55,451 nt of DNA from Tubiluchus corallicola (lineage: Eukaryota > Animalia > Priapulida). Positions 14,301 to 28,500 of the stretch are shown piece after piece. Where the stretch lies: assembly GCA_030141605.1 (NCBI GenBank), contig JAQGDQ010001208.1, positions 1 through 55,451 on the forward strand, written 5' to 3'. The first letter of the stretch is position 1. The number at the start of each line of letters is the position of its first letter. The position numbers and the translations under genes were made by a program. Under the pieces are notes generated by a model. That model ran no database searches. It saw only the letters and a list, made by a program, of their open reading frames with translations, and was not told the origin of the DNA.

Positions 14301-17300
14301 CAGGTTAATTACCTGTACTTGAAAAAAAGATGCATAAATGCAGGTTAATTACCTGTGCTTTAAAAAACAGATGCAAAAATACAGGTAAATCACCCGTTCT
14401 TTAAAAAACTGATGCAAAAATACAGGTAAATCACTTGTACATTAAAAAATACAGGCGAATTACCTGTAGTTGAAAAAAATGCAAAAATACAGGTAAATCA
14501 CCCGTGCTTTAAAAAACCGATGCAAAAATACAGGTAAATCACTTGTACTTGAAAAAATACAGGCAAATTACCTGTGCTTAAAAAATGCAAAAATACAGGT
14601 AAATCACCTGTGCTTTAAAAAACAGATGCAAAAATACAGGTAAGTCACCTGTGCTACAAAAAACTGATGCAAAAATACAGATAAATTACCTGGTGCTATA
14701 AAAAACCGATGCAAAAATACAGGTAAATCACCTGTACTTGAAAAAAGATGTATGAATACGGGTAATTTCAAAAAGAATTGCTTACGTATATCAGTTAACA
14801 AACAAGGTTCATTACCACATGGGAGGAGAATGGGACATGTTCAGCATATAAATACTGAAGAATATCTCTCTTTATCTTCAGCAAACAGAAAATACTGAAT
14901 AGTATATTTTTACTACAATGTGCTCCCCCTCCCCACTGTTTGACAAGTTGTCTTTCACATCACATCAAATCCCAGCACATCACATCAAACCCCAGCACAT
15001 CACATCAAACCCCAGCACATCACATCAAGCCACAGCACATCACATCAAACCCCAGCACATCACATCAAACCCCAGCACATCACATCAAACCCCAGCACAT
15101 CACATCAAATCCCAGCACATCACATCAAACCCTAGCACATCACATCAAACCCCAGCACATCACATCAAACCCCAGCACATCACATCAAATCCCAGCACAT
15201 CACACCATACAACACATATATGTATGCATTTGCATATTAAAATCGTCCATAATTCGGCAGATAAGTTTTTCTAGTTATTCACATATCCTAAATCTCCATT
15301 TCTTAAGAATCATTTTGATACCAAGTTCATCACTCTATGTTATTTCTAAGCTGAGATAATCCACGTTGAAGTTGAGGTGCAGGCTGCGCACTAAAAAACA
15401 TAATCTTGAGAAAATTGCTGTTAAAGTCAGCCATTGTTTTGTTTGCTTCTCTACAAAACACTTAGCAACCGTACGAAATTGTGGTTGCTATGGGCTTTGC
15501 AAGATCCCATTGAAGTTACGTTTAAATCCAGTAGATGGCTCTTCCTCAGGAAGATCTGGGCTTGACAACAGAAAAAATCAGAAGCAAAATGACAGCTTCC
15601 AGGAGCTACAATAGGAGTTTGAAAATAGGAATTTTTTACAACAGCACTACCAGTTTTCAGCCAGAGAAGTGGGTACCGTGTTTTAAAATTAGATTTCTAG
15701 ATTTTTGAAAATTTTTTTGATGATTTGATGCTAGAAATAAAAGTGCATTATATACAGGGATGAGAATGACAAATTGCAAAAAAACTCTGAAACAGGCCGG
15801 GGGTTTGGGGACCGCATAAGCCTGTTCAAGGGGGCGAAGCAACAAATTGCAATTTTGTGATCATAGAGAGTCTCTAAGTGGACTTAAATATCAGTTACCT
15901 TGTTTCATGCATAATTTAAAATACCCAACTATCAAGGATACATGATACCTAATTGTCTCAAAAACGCCTAAGTACTGGCCGCTCCTATGCAAAAGTATAT
16001 AAAAACTGTCTGCAATTGGCTCAAATAACTCCGCACAATTGATTCTATATTTTTACACATAGAGATATACACGTGGTTACACTGATGTACGTGATGTAAA
16101 CGAAGTGACGGCCTGCCATCTAGCGGTCAGTTTGTGAAGTAATGTACTGGGTCCGTAAAAACTTTCTCAACGAATTTACGCAATTTACAAAAAATGGCAC
16201 TACTGGTCTTCCAGAAACTCGGAATTCCTCGTATCCACGGAAAATTCTCATCCCTGTTTATATGATGTCTGTTTTTATAAAAAGCAACAATAATTGAAAT
16301 TTGACCACATTTTTGGTGCATTCTACTTTGAAGCATCATAACGTAGTTTTAACTACGCCAACTATGGACGGTTTTGGTTTACAAGGTTCATGAAAACTAA
16401 ATGTATTTACAAAATCAGCTTCAACGCTTCACGCATTATCCTACCCTACACACAGGAAGCCATTCAAATTTACTAATTATTTCATATCTTACTAGTGAAC
16501 CGAACTGATGCATTAACTTACCTTTAGACGGCAGACGCTTGATGTCTTTTATTTGTGGAATATTTACTGAAAGAAAAAAAGGCAATTATCAACTTTAAAA
16601 CGACAGTTTTTCTTTTCAACTGATATGAAATTGCAGAACAAAGCCTTAACTATCAAATTCATATTAATTACAAGTGGAAAGCAAGTCACAGAAAGGATGT
16701 CTGCTACATGCAAAAAAGTGGATTTTAAACTACATAATAAAAGCTCAAGCTCGAACGCGTTTTTTTAATTCGAATTCGATTCAAATCTAAAATTATAGAT
16801 TCGAACGATTCAGCGCTTCAACCACACAGGTTCTTTTTTCGATGCCTACATTATAGCGTTCTCCACTATAGTGCATTCTGAGCCTTTAAATGAGCCCAAC
16901 TTCAGGCAGTGAAGACGGTTTTTCAACCCGTAAGTAATATGCAGAGACTGTCTACCTACCAATGCTTTTTCTCACAGGAATTTTCCCGGTTTTCGCATTG
17001 CTCGGATTGCGATTGAACTTTTTGTTCTGATCTTCTTGCATCTCCTTTGCTTCCTGTAAATATGGGGACATTTATTTCAGTGACTTCAAAAGAAGACAGG
17101 ATGATTTTTCATATACTACCCCATTTTCAAGTCCGACAAAATAAGTATACATTTTAACACAATTAATACTGCAAAAACGTTTCTGATTATTAAGTAACAG
17201 ATTAAAATCTTAATTAACGGCGGGCAAGCTCAACCATTTATGACGTCACAAACTAACATAATTTTCAACTGCACAAGCATTCCACGAGCGTGTTGCACAT

Positions 17301-20300
17301 GTTTGCGAAAGTGAAAATTGAATTACAGTGCTACTGTACAACAAATATACAAAAACTCGGCAAATTTTAAATTTAGAAATTCAAATTTCAAATGTACTGC
17401 TGGGTTTACCATGAACTATTGAACATGTGCACTACATCACAACTTAGCCACAACTTGTAGAGGTACAGCACTTGTTTTTTGTGCAATGCATTTTCAATAT
17501 GCAGGTGCTAGTGCCCATATAACTACCAAATGGCAAATGCAAGAAACAACAAAGAATTAGCCTTCCGAATGCATAATTAGCATTTTGTGATAAAAAAATC
17601 TTTCACGTAAGCCAGTCTTTAAAAAATAGTATCCTCATCGAGGAAGGGCATTTATGCAACCGAACTCAGCTAAGACAAATCTTCCAATTTAACGCCACGT
17701 GTTCGATGACCTCTTCCTCCCGCTCGGTACCAGTCCTGTTACAACCATTCACATTAAGTAAACCCATGCTATAAAGCACTAGAACCTGGCTCGAAAAATG
17801 GCTTGAAAAATGAATCAAATTATGTCGAAGCGATTCATACCAGCGTCAACAGCATCTTTTCCTCATCTTCTTTCTTCCTGTCGTCTGCATCCTCGTTCAG
17901 AAACTTCCGCTTTGTAATCTGAAGAACCACAACAAGAAATGAAGAATTGGACTAGGAAAAGTAAAGGAAAAACTTACATATAAAAACTACATGATCAGAC
18001 AAGCCCCCATAGCATCAGAATTTTGAAAATCGCTGTTTTTTGTTGTCATCACTAGGGTTCCCACTGAATATTAAAATAAATTTCCCAGACTTTCGCATGA
18101 TCAATATCAGCAGAACTACCAGTAAACATATTCAACAATTTTTGTGTATGGACATTCATACATTTACTGATACATAATGTGTCGGCTAATTGTTATTTTT
18201 AGAACAAAAATTGAAACTGGGAGCCTGCCATAGCAAAATTTTATCTGAACACATTTTAACACAATTTATACTGCAAAAGCATTTCTGACAATTAAATAAT
18301 ATATTAAAATCTTAATTAACGGCGGGCGAGCCCAACTATATATGACATCACAAACTAACATAATAACAAAATATGTTTGCAAAAATATCAGTTCACGGTG
18401 ATTAAGTTTGCAACGCTTTCCAATCTCCCAGACTTTCCGCCCCATTTTCACCATTTTCCCTGACATTTTAACAAATTATCTTTCTTCCCTGACTTTCCAG
18501 AGTTTTCCCTGACTGTGGGAACCTTGTATTGTCTGAACGACATTGTACAGGGGGCTACAAAGTGGATCTATTCAGTAGCAACAGTGCTATTTTTCACAGG
18601 AGTATGAGTCACTTCCGAAACTTGTCAAAACTTTTAAATTACGAGATTTTCTGGGTGACTTCCAATGCCGTCAGGATCCAATGGTCGTCACTTCTCATAA
18701 ATCATGACTGCACAAAGAGCTAATCTAGAAACCTGTTAATTCACTAACTTCTCCATGCGTGACATTTAATTTGTTGTGGAGTTTAGGAACTAATGATAAA
18801 TGATTACACAAAAAGTATAGGTTTTACACGTCAAATGTAGACACAGGAAAGTTCAAATGTGACTTAGGTAAGTCAAATGTAGATGCAATTAACGTTAAGA
18901 ATCTAGTGGAATTGGTTCCCACTTCCCAATGAACAGTGAATCACTAATTAGTTTTTTAAGTAATGCATTAGCACTGCATTAATGAATTAGTTTCTCTCTC
19001 AAGAAACATTGCTTATTTTAAGAATGTATTGTTTTCTCTAAGAGTTCCAATGGTATGTAAAGTTTGCAGAATATTAGTGAACCTATAACGTTGTTATTTT
19101 AACTTAAGAGCCATTATTAAATTGAAATTAAAGAAGATTAAATTTAACATCGTTAAACTTTACCACCTATCCACATTTGAGATACCAATGTCACATTTGA
19201 CTTGACATGTGTCTACATTTGACTTACCAAAAGCGCTTAAGATTTCTTGAAAACCATTGTTAACACATTTGAATTACCTAAATCTACATTTGAGTTACCA
19301 AGACACATTTGAACTACCTAAATCTACATTTGAGTTACCAAGACACATTTGAACTACCTAAGTCTACATTTGAGTTACCAAGACACATTTGAATTATCTA
19401 AACCTACATTTGAGTTACCAAGACACATTTGAATTACCTAAGTCTACATTTGAGTTACCAAGACACATTTGAACTACCTAAGTCTACATTTGAGTAACCA
19501 AGACACATTTGAATTACCTAAATCTACATTTCAGTTAATGCAGGTCTACATTTGACATGTAAAACCTATAGTACAAGAAACTTACCGACTTCATTGGAAC
19601 TTCTATCTGATCCAATTCAATTATCGCCTAAAAACACAAAAGTCTGTAATTGTAATTGATTGTAATAAAGTTATTATTACTATTATTAAAGACTAATACA
19701 TACTTTGTACGTGTTTGTAGTTGTTTACACGTTCGAAACGCGTGTTTACACTTGATAGAAGTTGATAGAAATTGCCCCCAAACAAAGCCAGTTGCAATGT
19801 GGTAAGAGCACAGAGGCGGAAATATGAATGTGACTTTCGAAACAGCAAAATTTGTTAAAATTGGAATGAGAAAATGAGGTGGTAATTAAAAGGAAAACAG
19901 CTTTCAGGTAAATAATTCCATAGATAAGCAGTTCATAGGAAAAAACTGGATTTATAAACAGCAAAAATTGTTAATATTGGAATGAGAAAGTGAGGTGGTA
20001 ATTAAAAGGAAAACAGCTTTAATGTAAATAATTCCATAGATAAGCAGTTCATAGGAAAAAACTGGATTTATGAGCCACTGTTCCGAATCTAGGAATGTGT
20101 CTTGGGGAGTCAACAGCAACACGAATATGAATGAACTGTCAACGTGAGGAGTCCTTATAGTACCTTTCACGAAATATGCTTAGCAAATCGTGAACACCAA
20201 TAAGACAGTCAAAAATGCATAATTTTAGAACAAATATTTGTTAAACAATTACTGAATAGTCAGTATCAATTATCATTCGTAGTTTTGTGTCGCTTAGTTA

Positions 20301-22725
20301 TCAGAGGGTAATTAAAGATCGGTAAATTCATAAGATAACGTTCCTTTCTGTTTGGTCATCAATAGTGCACACTTAGAGGCTTTTTTGCATTAAATGCAAA
20401 CGAAAACGTTCATAAGATAATTTTCCTTTCTGCTTGGTGGACCAACGGTCTAAACTAATGTCTGAACTTCACATAAACATTGTAAACTCGCTCCCACTGA
20501 GACGCTCGAACTACTGCTGTTATTTTAAAAGTGAAAAATGAATACAATGAATGATTTACAATAACAAAATTCGTAAGCAGAAGTGATCGACCAACCTTTC
20601 TCACCGCATCAGTAACGTCGCGATCATTTTCATGTATCATCAGCGCACGCACGCACGATTCCAGCATCTGCAGGAAACCCCGGTCCTCCGGCAAGTGCAT
20701 AATCGATTTCAACTTTGGTAAAGTATTGCACACCCTTAATCTATGGCAAACAAGAATTGCACGTTGACGTAATCTTGCAAATTGTCAATACCTTATCAAG
20801 TGTGGTATAGTTAAATGTAACGTTCAAATTAAGGTAAAAAATTATCCATTCACCTTTTGTTCAACAGAACTGAATGATTTAAACCAGAAACAAAGTGAAT
20901 AAGAACATACGTACTGACCAACAGATGGCCTCAGCATACATACGTACTGACCAACAGATGGCCTCAGCATACATACATATTGACCAACAGATGGCCTCAG
21001 CATATTTATTACATAGCAGAATAAAATTAGAATTACCAACTTTTAAACATAGTATAGAAAATATTTAAACTAAGTCTACAATGGCCTAGATATTTTATCT
21101 TAAATGTCAAGGTGTTCTAGGATACAATATGTACCATAAGCCTTTCCCAGAGGCATCGCCATTTAACCCAGTGCTAAAGTTGATTACAGGTTAATTGCAG
21201 TTGATTACGCTAATTACCTGATATTGGGCACTGCATCTTGGTGCAGTTCCAACAGACAGGTAAGAAAATTCTGCTTGAAATATCCACGTGAGAACATTTC
21301 CATCACAATGCCACAGAAGTCGATGAACAGCATACGTTTGTGACAGCTCCCGTGGTGACAAAAGTCTGGAAAACAATCATTCGTTAGTTAAGGCGCTCCG
21401 CAGGGCTCAGTGCTGGGACCTGTTTTGTTTGTCCTGTACGTAAGAAAGCAAAACAATCCAAAATGACACATAACAGTACTAATTACACAGCTAAGCAGGG
21501 AAGTAAATGGGTTTAAATTTTAAAGAAGGAAAACTTTATTGACATTTTATGCTATTATATAAAAAACAAGCCAAAACAGCAGCTTCTGTTTTAAAATTGA
21601 ATTTATTTAGTAAGCTTTGTCAGTGTAAAAATGCAACATAGGGGTGTTACACCTGTATAATTGAAGTTATTTAATAAGCTTGGACAGTGTAATAATGTAA
21701 CGTACAGGTGTTACAACTGCAAGCAATATGAAGTGGGTGTAAGAATATAATGCAACCAGTAACAGGCCCGAGGGTACAAAGCAGTTTTAACAAATCCCCA
21801 CAAAATAGTGTCACAACAATTAAAGGTGACAACAGATACAAGCACAATCTTAAATCTGTGTCATAAGACTAGAGTTTAGTGACCTCTAGCAGTGATAATT
21901 ATTGTCTCAACACAAAACGACAACTCTTTGCAAATTGCACTTAGGCTAGGTGGTGAAAGCAGCTTAGTAAGAGAGATTACCATTATCTGAGGAATTATCT
22001 GTGCATTTATGAGAAGGGAAAGTAACCTGTGCCTGTACTGGGAATAGATGTGTGCATTGTGGTCTGAACACTGTGTCGTTAGACCGTGAAAGTTGTTCTC
22101 CCATGAAGGGCATACGGTCGGGGCTTGCGCTGTTCATATTCCGTTGAAATTTAGATTTATCATTCAGTAAAAGGCTGTGAAGATTTGCTGTTAGAAAGTG
22201 TTGCATCACAAAAGTTCACAATGTTGTGCTGTACGCTGTTAGACAGATTCGCAGAATAGTTTTGCTGTTAGAAAGTGTTGCATCAGAAAAGTGCACAATG
22301 TTGTGCTCTACGCTGTTAGACAGATTCGCAGAATAGTTTTGCTGTTAGAGAGTGTTGCATCACAAATGTGGACAATGTTGTGCTCTACGCTGTTAGACAG
22401 ATTCGCAGAATAGTTTTACTTGTGAAAAAGTTTTGGATCTCAAAATTTAAGCTCTACATTCACTTATGAGAAATTAAACAGGGGGAGAGAATTAGACTGA
22501 GGCAAGGAGACAGAAAGAGGTTTTATGTTTATTGTTTGAGAGCAAAGGTTTGAGAAAATTGTGAATGTCTTTTCAGAAAGTATTAACAAAAGCAATTATT
22601 ACAAATACTTACTAATTAATAATAATAATTACTAATTATTAGTAAAAAGAACATAGAATGTAAGAAAAAAGAAAACTTACTGTTAAATTTTTGTCCCAAT
22701 TGTATTTGTGAAGATAAAAAATACA

Positions 22726-22765
<40 letters not shown>

Positions 22766-25460
22766 GTGAATTTGCTGCTTTTACAATTAAAATGGAACTG
22801 TTAGTTATTTTGCAATTTAAAAACCTGGTGGCAAAGATAGATATGTTTGGTTTTAGAAATCTTGTTTAGGACAAACTCTTAAAATGAAAATTTAATTTTC
22901 TCGCAGAAAATAAAGGAAGCAGTCTACCGAGAGAAACCTAAATCAGTGGAAAAGAACAAACATTTGGTTTAAACTTTATGGGTGGTGAATATTCTGGATA
23001 ATCTGATAAAAAGTTGATCGTGATTCCGTCGTGGTCTTGTGTGACCAATGACCATGGAAGAAAAAGGATGTGCCATAACCATAGAATATTTGCAATTAAT
23101 TGTGATCGCCAGTATCGTAATGATGCTGATGATCTCTCATTACACTGATGTGAACATCGTAACGATTCAGAGGATAAATGGTTTACTCAGCAAACAAGCT
23201 TTGCATTCGGTGAACTTAGATCGGTCCGTACGTTTCGGTGAGTATAGAAAGTAATTAGTAATTTTTTTATTTTTCTTCATAAATTTACAATAATTTGACG
23301 ATAAAATACACAAAAATACAAACAAACATGGGAGAAAGGGTGGCGAAAAACCAGAGGTCATCGAGTCGACCACCCTTCTCAGAAAGACAGTAAACAAAAA
23401 GACGCTGATGCCAGCAGAACACAACTACCAAAAAAATACATAAATGTCCATAAATACAAAAAACAAGAATACAACAACAGCAAAAAACAAATCACGGTTA
23501 TCAGATATGCATAGCTAAACAGTGTGAGATGAAATTTAAAGCAGTAACTTTAAGAGAAGTAATAGTTATCAACTGTTTGCTTTATGGAAGTTGTAACATA
23601 TATCTATAAAGAGACTATGACTATACGTGTGAATAGCAAAAAGAAAGAAATAAAGGTAAGAAAGCAAGATAAATTGTCCTGACAATTGCAATACACTTTT
23701 CAAAAAATTTTTGAATTTGAAAAATAACAAACTTTTGATCCAGATTTAATTATCATAACAGCAGAAAACAAATAACTATCTGATTTAACAAATAAGCAAT
23801 ATTTTAAGTTTTTAAGCAGTACTAAGAAAAGGCCGAAAAATATATAACAATAAATTATCAAGTGTCTGTATTAGCAATCAAGCTGATGAGCATTAACCCT
23901 TTCAGTCCCAAATTATTTTGTAATAAGAAAAAATGTTTTGGCTTGGTACTTTTGTTCAGTATGTCCATCTTGTTTACACATAATAATAATTTTTTTCTAC
24001 TTGTGCCCGCGTGCCAAATATAGCCTGTATCCCACGGGATACATTGGGATTCAATGGAAGGATAAAATGCGTTTCATTTTGCAACTGCTGATAATATTTT
24101 AAAGTACTTAAGACATTTAGTATGTACGCTATGCTGATCTGTACAAAGTCATCTCTAAAGTGCTGTACCTTGCGCAGTTTTTTATGCTATGTAGATTTTC
24201 TGGTTCGCCATTTTATCACCATTTTTAGTCTATTGTTATTGGCTTAAATTAAAATAACTATTAACAGATCAAATAACTGTCAGTTTTAAAATTTTATTAA
24301 TTTTAAAGGCAGAAAATATTCTCGTATCCCACGGGATACAACGGGTATGAAAGGGTTAAAATAAAGCAAAACTATATGCAAAGCATATGAAAATTGTTTC
24401 AGTTTTAATTTTCTATGATCATATCAGTTGAACTGCCAGGTAAAACATTAACCTGCACTAAGTTACACAATGCAAGCTTTACGAAGATCTACATGAGACT
24501 GAATGTACGTCATCATCAAGAACAATCCTCTAAGATGGGGAGAATAAATCGGCAACTGGGCCATATTCGGAGGCATATCGCAATGGGGTATACCTCTCTC
24601 AATTATGTAAACCGCCCGGGGTAGTGTGTCAGACGAAACTGCCCAGTCTTTTTGGTGTGGTCACTTATCTATTTGAAAACCAAATTCAACGCAGCTTAAC
24701 TTTGCCTGCTAAGCATGCAAACTGACCGTTGAGCTATTTTGATCACCCCAGATGAGCTTTGCTATAATTTTGCCGCAATTATCTCAGTTTGGAGGATAAA
24801 TTAACTTGCAACAAACAAGGTGATAGTTTTGAACTTCGTTAACTTTTCAACTCAGTAAAGCATTATGCTCAATTTGGTTTGAGTTATCAGTATTTGCTAA
24901 ACTTCTATTATTTACTTTGAAGGCAAATAAACTAGAATTATCATTGATGACGGTTAATTTAAAGATTTAACTGTATGGAATTGAAAAACTACGCGTATTC
25001 ATTCCTAGTTAGTCGAAGTTTTGCACATAAAATGTTACATTGAAAAATCTTGGACCATAAAGTATAGCTGCACTAATGTTTTTGACAGGTAATGGTTATA
25101 GCTCAGTAAACTACTTGCCTCAACAAGAATTTCAATTGTTACAGTAGGAATGCCAGATAGAGCAATTTGGCAATTTGTAAATAGAAGATTTCAAATTGCA
25201 TTTTTCAATTTGCAAAAATTAAAACGATGCGAGGGGAGTACAAATGCGGTACGTAACCTTTTGCGAGGGGAGTACAAATGCGGTACGTAACCTTTTGCGA
25301 GGGGAGTACAAATGCAGTACGTAACCTTTTGCGAGGGGAGTACAAATGCGGTATGTAACTTTTGCGAGGGGAGTACAAATGCGGTACGTAACCTTTTGCG
25401 AGGGGAGTACAAATGCGGTACGTAACCTTTTGCGAGGGGAGTACAAATGCGGTACGTAAC

Positions 25461-25525
<65 letters not shown>

Positions 25526-28500
25526 TTTCCCATCCAAGGAAGAGAGAAAGAGATGTACAAAAGAAATGCACAAACAATTTGACAACACTCTTAGTCGAGA
25601 TTAAAAGTTGATTTTCTTATTTCAGATTTGAATCAAAGCGAAAAGAACAATGAGCTCAAAAACACCAAGGTTGACATTTTCGAATATCGAAGAGAACAAA
25701 TACAAGCATACTGCAACCGCTGGAACTGGAAGACTAACTCCACATTTGATCCACAATCTGACAAGTGGAAACGCCACATAAATGTGGACGAGACGCATGG
25801 GATACTACTCTGTTCCGTCCCCAAAACCGCATCCACAACCTGGAAGAAGATCTTGGCGAGTTTAATACTGATAGACACAAACGAGACTCAGCAAGAATAT
25901 GAACCAGAATTCCTGGTGAACAAACTGCTCATCTCACAGCTGCTGCAAATTGCTGATGGAAAATTCAAAAGACTGGATCATTACAATGCTACAGCACAGA
26001 GGAGCTTTCTCAAGTCTTTCACCAAAGTCTTCTTCGTCAGGAACCCATTCGAGAGACTGCTGTCAGCTTTCAGGGACAAACTGATGAAACATTCTCAGAA
26101 CGGTCCAGACAAAGCCGAATCCATCCACATAGCGAAGATGTACAAGCACTTATCCAATAGAACATCGGAGTACACAAACTTTGAACAGTTCCTGACATAC
26201 GCCACGGAGACGAATCTTTCACACAGGAACATCCACTGGGCTCGTTATGTGGATCTGTGCAATCCGTGCGGAGTGCATTACGAATACGTGGGTGTCTTTG
26301 AAAACCTTGAAGAAGAAACCAACGCCATTCTCAGAGCGCTGGGTTTTGGCGACAGAATTCAACTGCCCAAACGGAACACTCGATACCAGAAGAACAAGTC
26401 GGTGGACGTAATGCGAAAGTTTTACGCAAACGTGCCGCTAGACTTGATCCGGAATGTTTATCGGACGTTTATGATCGATTTCGAAATGTTTGACTATAAA
26501 TTTAGTTCTATATACGAGTATGTGAATCAAAGCGCAGGAGTCGGGAAGTAAGAATGTCTCTGAACCATTGTAACTCGTGACGTCTAGTCCTGTTGTCTAA
26601 TAACACTAAAAACTGTGATCAGTATTGTCCTTCTCTTTAAATAGCAAGCTTATTATTGACAGTATTGAGGATAAAAACAGATTTTTAACGAACGGTAGGT
26701 CCTCGCTTAGCGACGCTAATAAGCTTTCCAGCAAAACACGATGTTAAGCAAAACATTGTTAACCCTTTCAGTCCCAAATCATTTTTAATGAGAAAAAATT
26801 TTTTGGCTTAATACTTTTGTTCCCAATGTATCCTGTGGGATACACAACATTCTTTGTCATATGCAAAAAAAAACAAAGTCCGACTTTTTTAAAAACACAA
26901 CAAAAGCAAAAAATGTGCTTCATTCTGTAACTGCTGATAATTTTTTAAAGTATTTAAGACAGTTTTTGCTACATAGGTTTTCTAGTTTGCCATTTTATCA
27001 CTATTTTAAGTCTATTGTTATTGGCTTAAATCAAAATAACCATTAACAGATCAAATAACTGTCAGTTTTAAAATTTTATTAATTTTAAAGGCAGAAAATA
27101 ATTTGTTTTTTTCTTTTTCCCACACGAGGGAGCCACAAACTGAAGGGACGGGTGGGAATTGCTGGCAGAGTGGTCTGGTTTTGTGGATAATGCAATGTGT
27201 TGTAATGTCGATAGTGCAATTTTGATGTAAGGAATTGGTTTTCTGCTTCAGCCATAAACGGTGTGCGCACTTTGGCCGTACGAAGTGAGTGTTTTTTGTA
27301 TATTTAATACATAGCAATTTTCTCTGTAATTTTTTTGTTCAACTTCTGTGTTTTTTGTTCAAATTGCATTGCTGCATATTTTATGTAACATCATTTAACT
27401 GTAAGGAAACAGCAAGATTAAATTTTGATCAAATATCATCATTTATCATGAACGAACAAAACAGTTCGCTTGTTCGCACAGTTAGCACAGTTTCGTACCT
27501 TCTATAATCCTATCACGGATGCTTTCTCTCTGCTGCAACTTGCGATTGTTCCTGAGAAATACACAAAGCGTCCTGGCAGCAGCTCGTCGAACAGGTAGTG
27601 CCCTCTGTGAGCAAAAATAGTTAACTTTAGAAAATTCAGCGTGTTCCACATTGATTGTCGAAAGCAAATAATTTAATAATAACTTCATTTTTAAATAACG
27701 AGAAAAAATTTAGTAAACTTAAAAAACCTGCACCTCTGTGATGCATGTTTTGTCTGAAATTACACTAGACAACACGAGTTTCATTGTAGAAAATTGTTCA
27801 CGATGAAAAATTTAGAAATTTTCGCTAGTATGCGATAAACGTATGGAGAGTATAATATCTTCATAAAAAATTTCTAGACTTAATCACGTTAAAAAGCCTG
27901 CACCTTTTTGTCACGTGTTTTATCCAAAATTACCCTCAATAACAAGAGATTCATTGTTAGGAATCGTTCAGCAAATTATAGGTTTTACACGTCAAATGTA
28001 GACATACGAATTTCGAATGTGTTTTGGTAACCCGAATGTGACTTAGGTAAGTCAAATGTAGACATAGGAATTTCGAATGTGTTTTGGTAACCCGAATGTG
28101 ACTTAGGTAAGTCAAATGTAGACACAGGAAAGTTCAAATGTGACTTAGGTAAGTCAAATGTAGACACAGGAAAGTTCAAATGTGACTTAGGTAAGTCAAA
28201 TGTAGACATAGGAAAGTTCAAATGTGACTTAGGTAAGTCAAATGTAGACACAGGAAAGTTCAAATGTGACTTAGGTAAGTCAAATGTAGACACAGGAAAG
28301 TTCAAATGTGACTTAGGTAAGTCAAATGTAGACACAGGAAAGTTCAAATGTGACTTAGGTAAGTCAAATGTAGATGCAGGAAAGTTCAAATGTGACTTAG
28401 GTAAGTCAAATGTAGACATAGGAAAGTTCAAATGTGACTTAGGTAAGTCAAATGTAGACACAGGAAAGTTCAAATGTGACTTAGGTAAGTCAAATGTAGA

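Noticed and set aside
17647-17714. GC-rich stretch as an alternative PPP4R4 exon
   Set aside because: The acceptor is weak (gttgtaacag), all three frames hit stops quickly, and the flanking exons already join in phase.
25628-25630. TTG start codon for the sulfotransferase, as given in the ORF track
   Set aside because: A splice acceptor at 25625 and an in-phase upstream transmembrane exon explain the 5' end.
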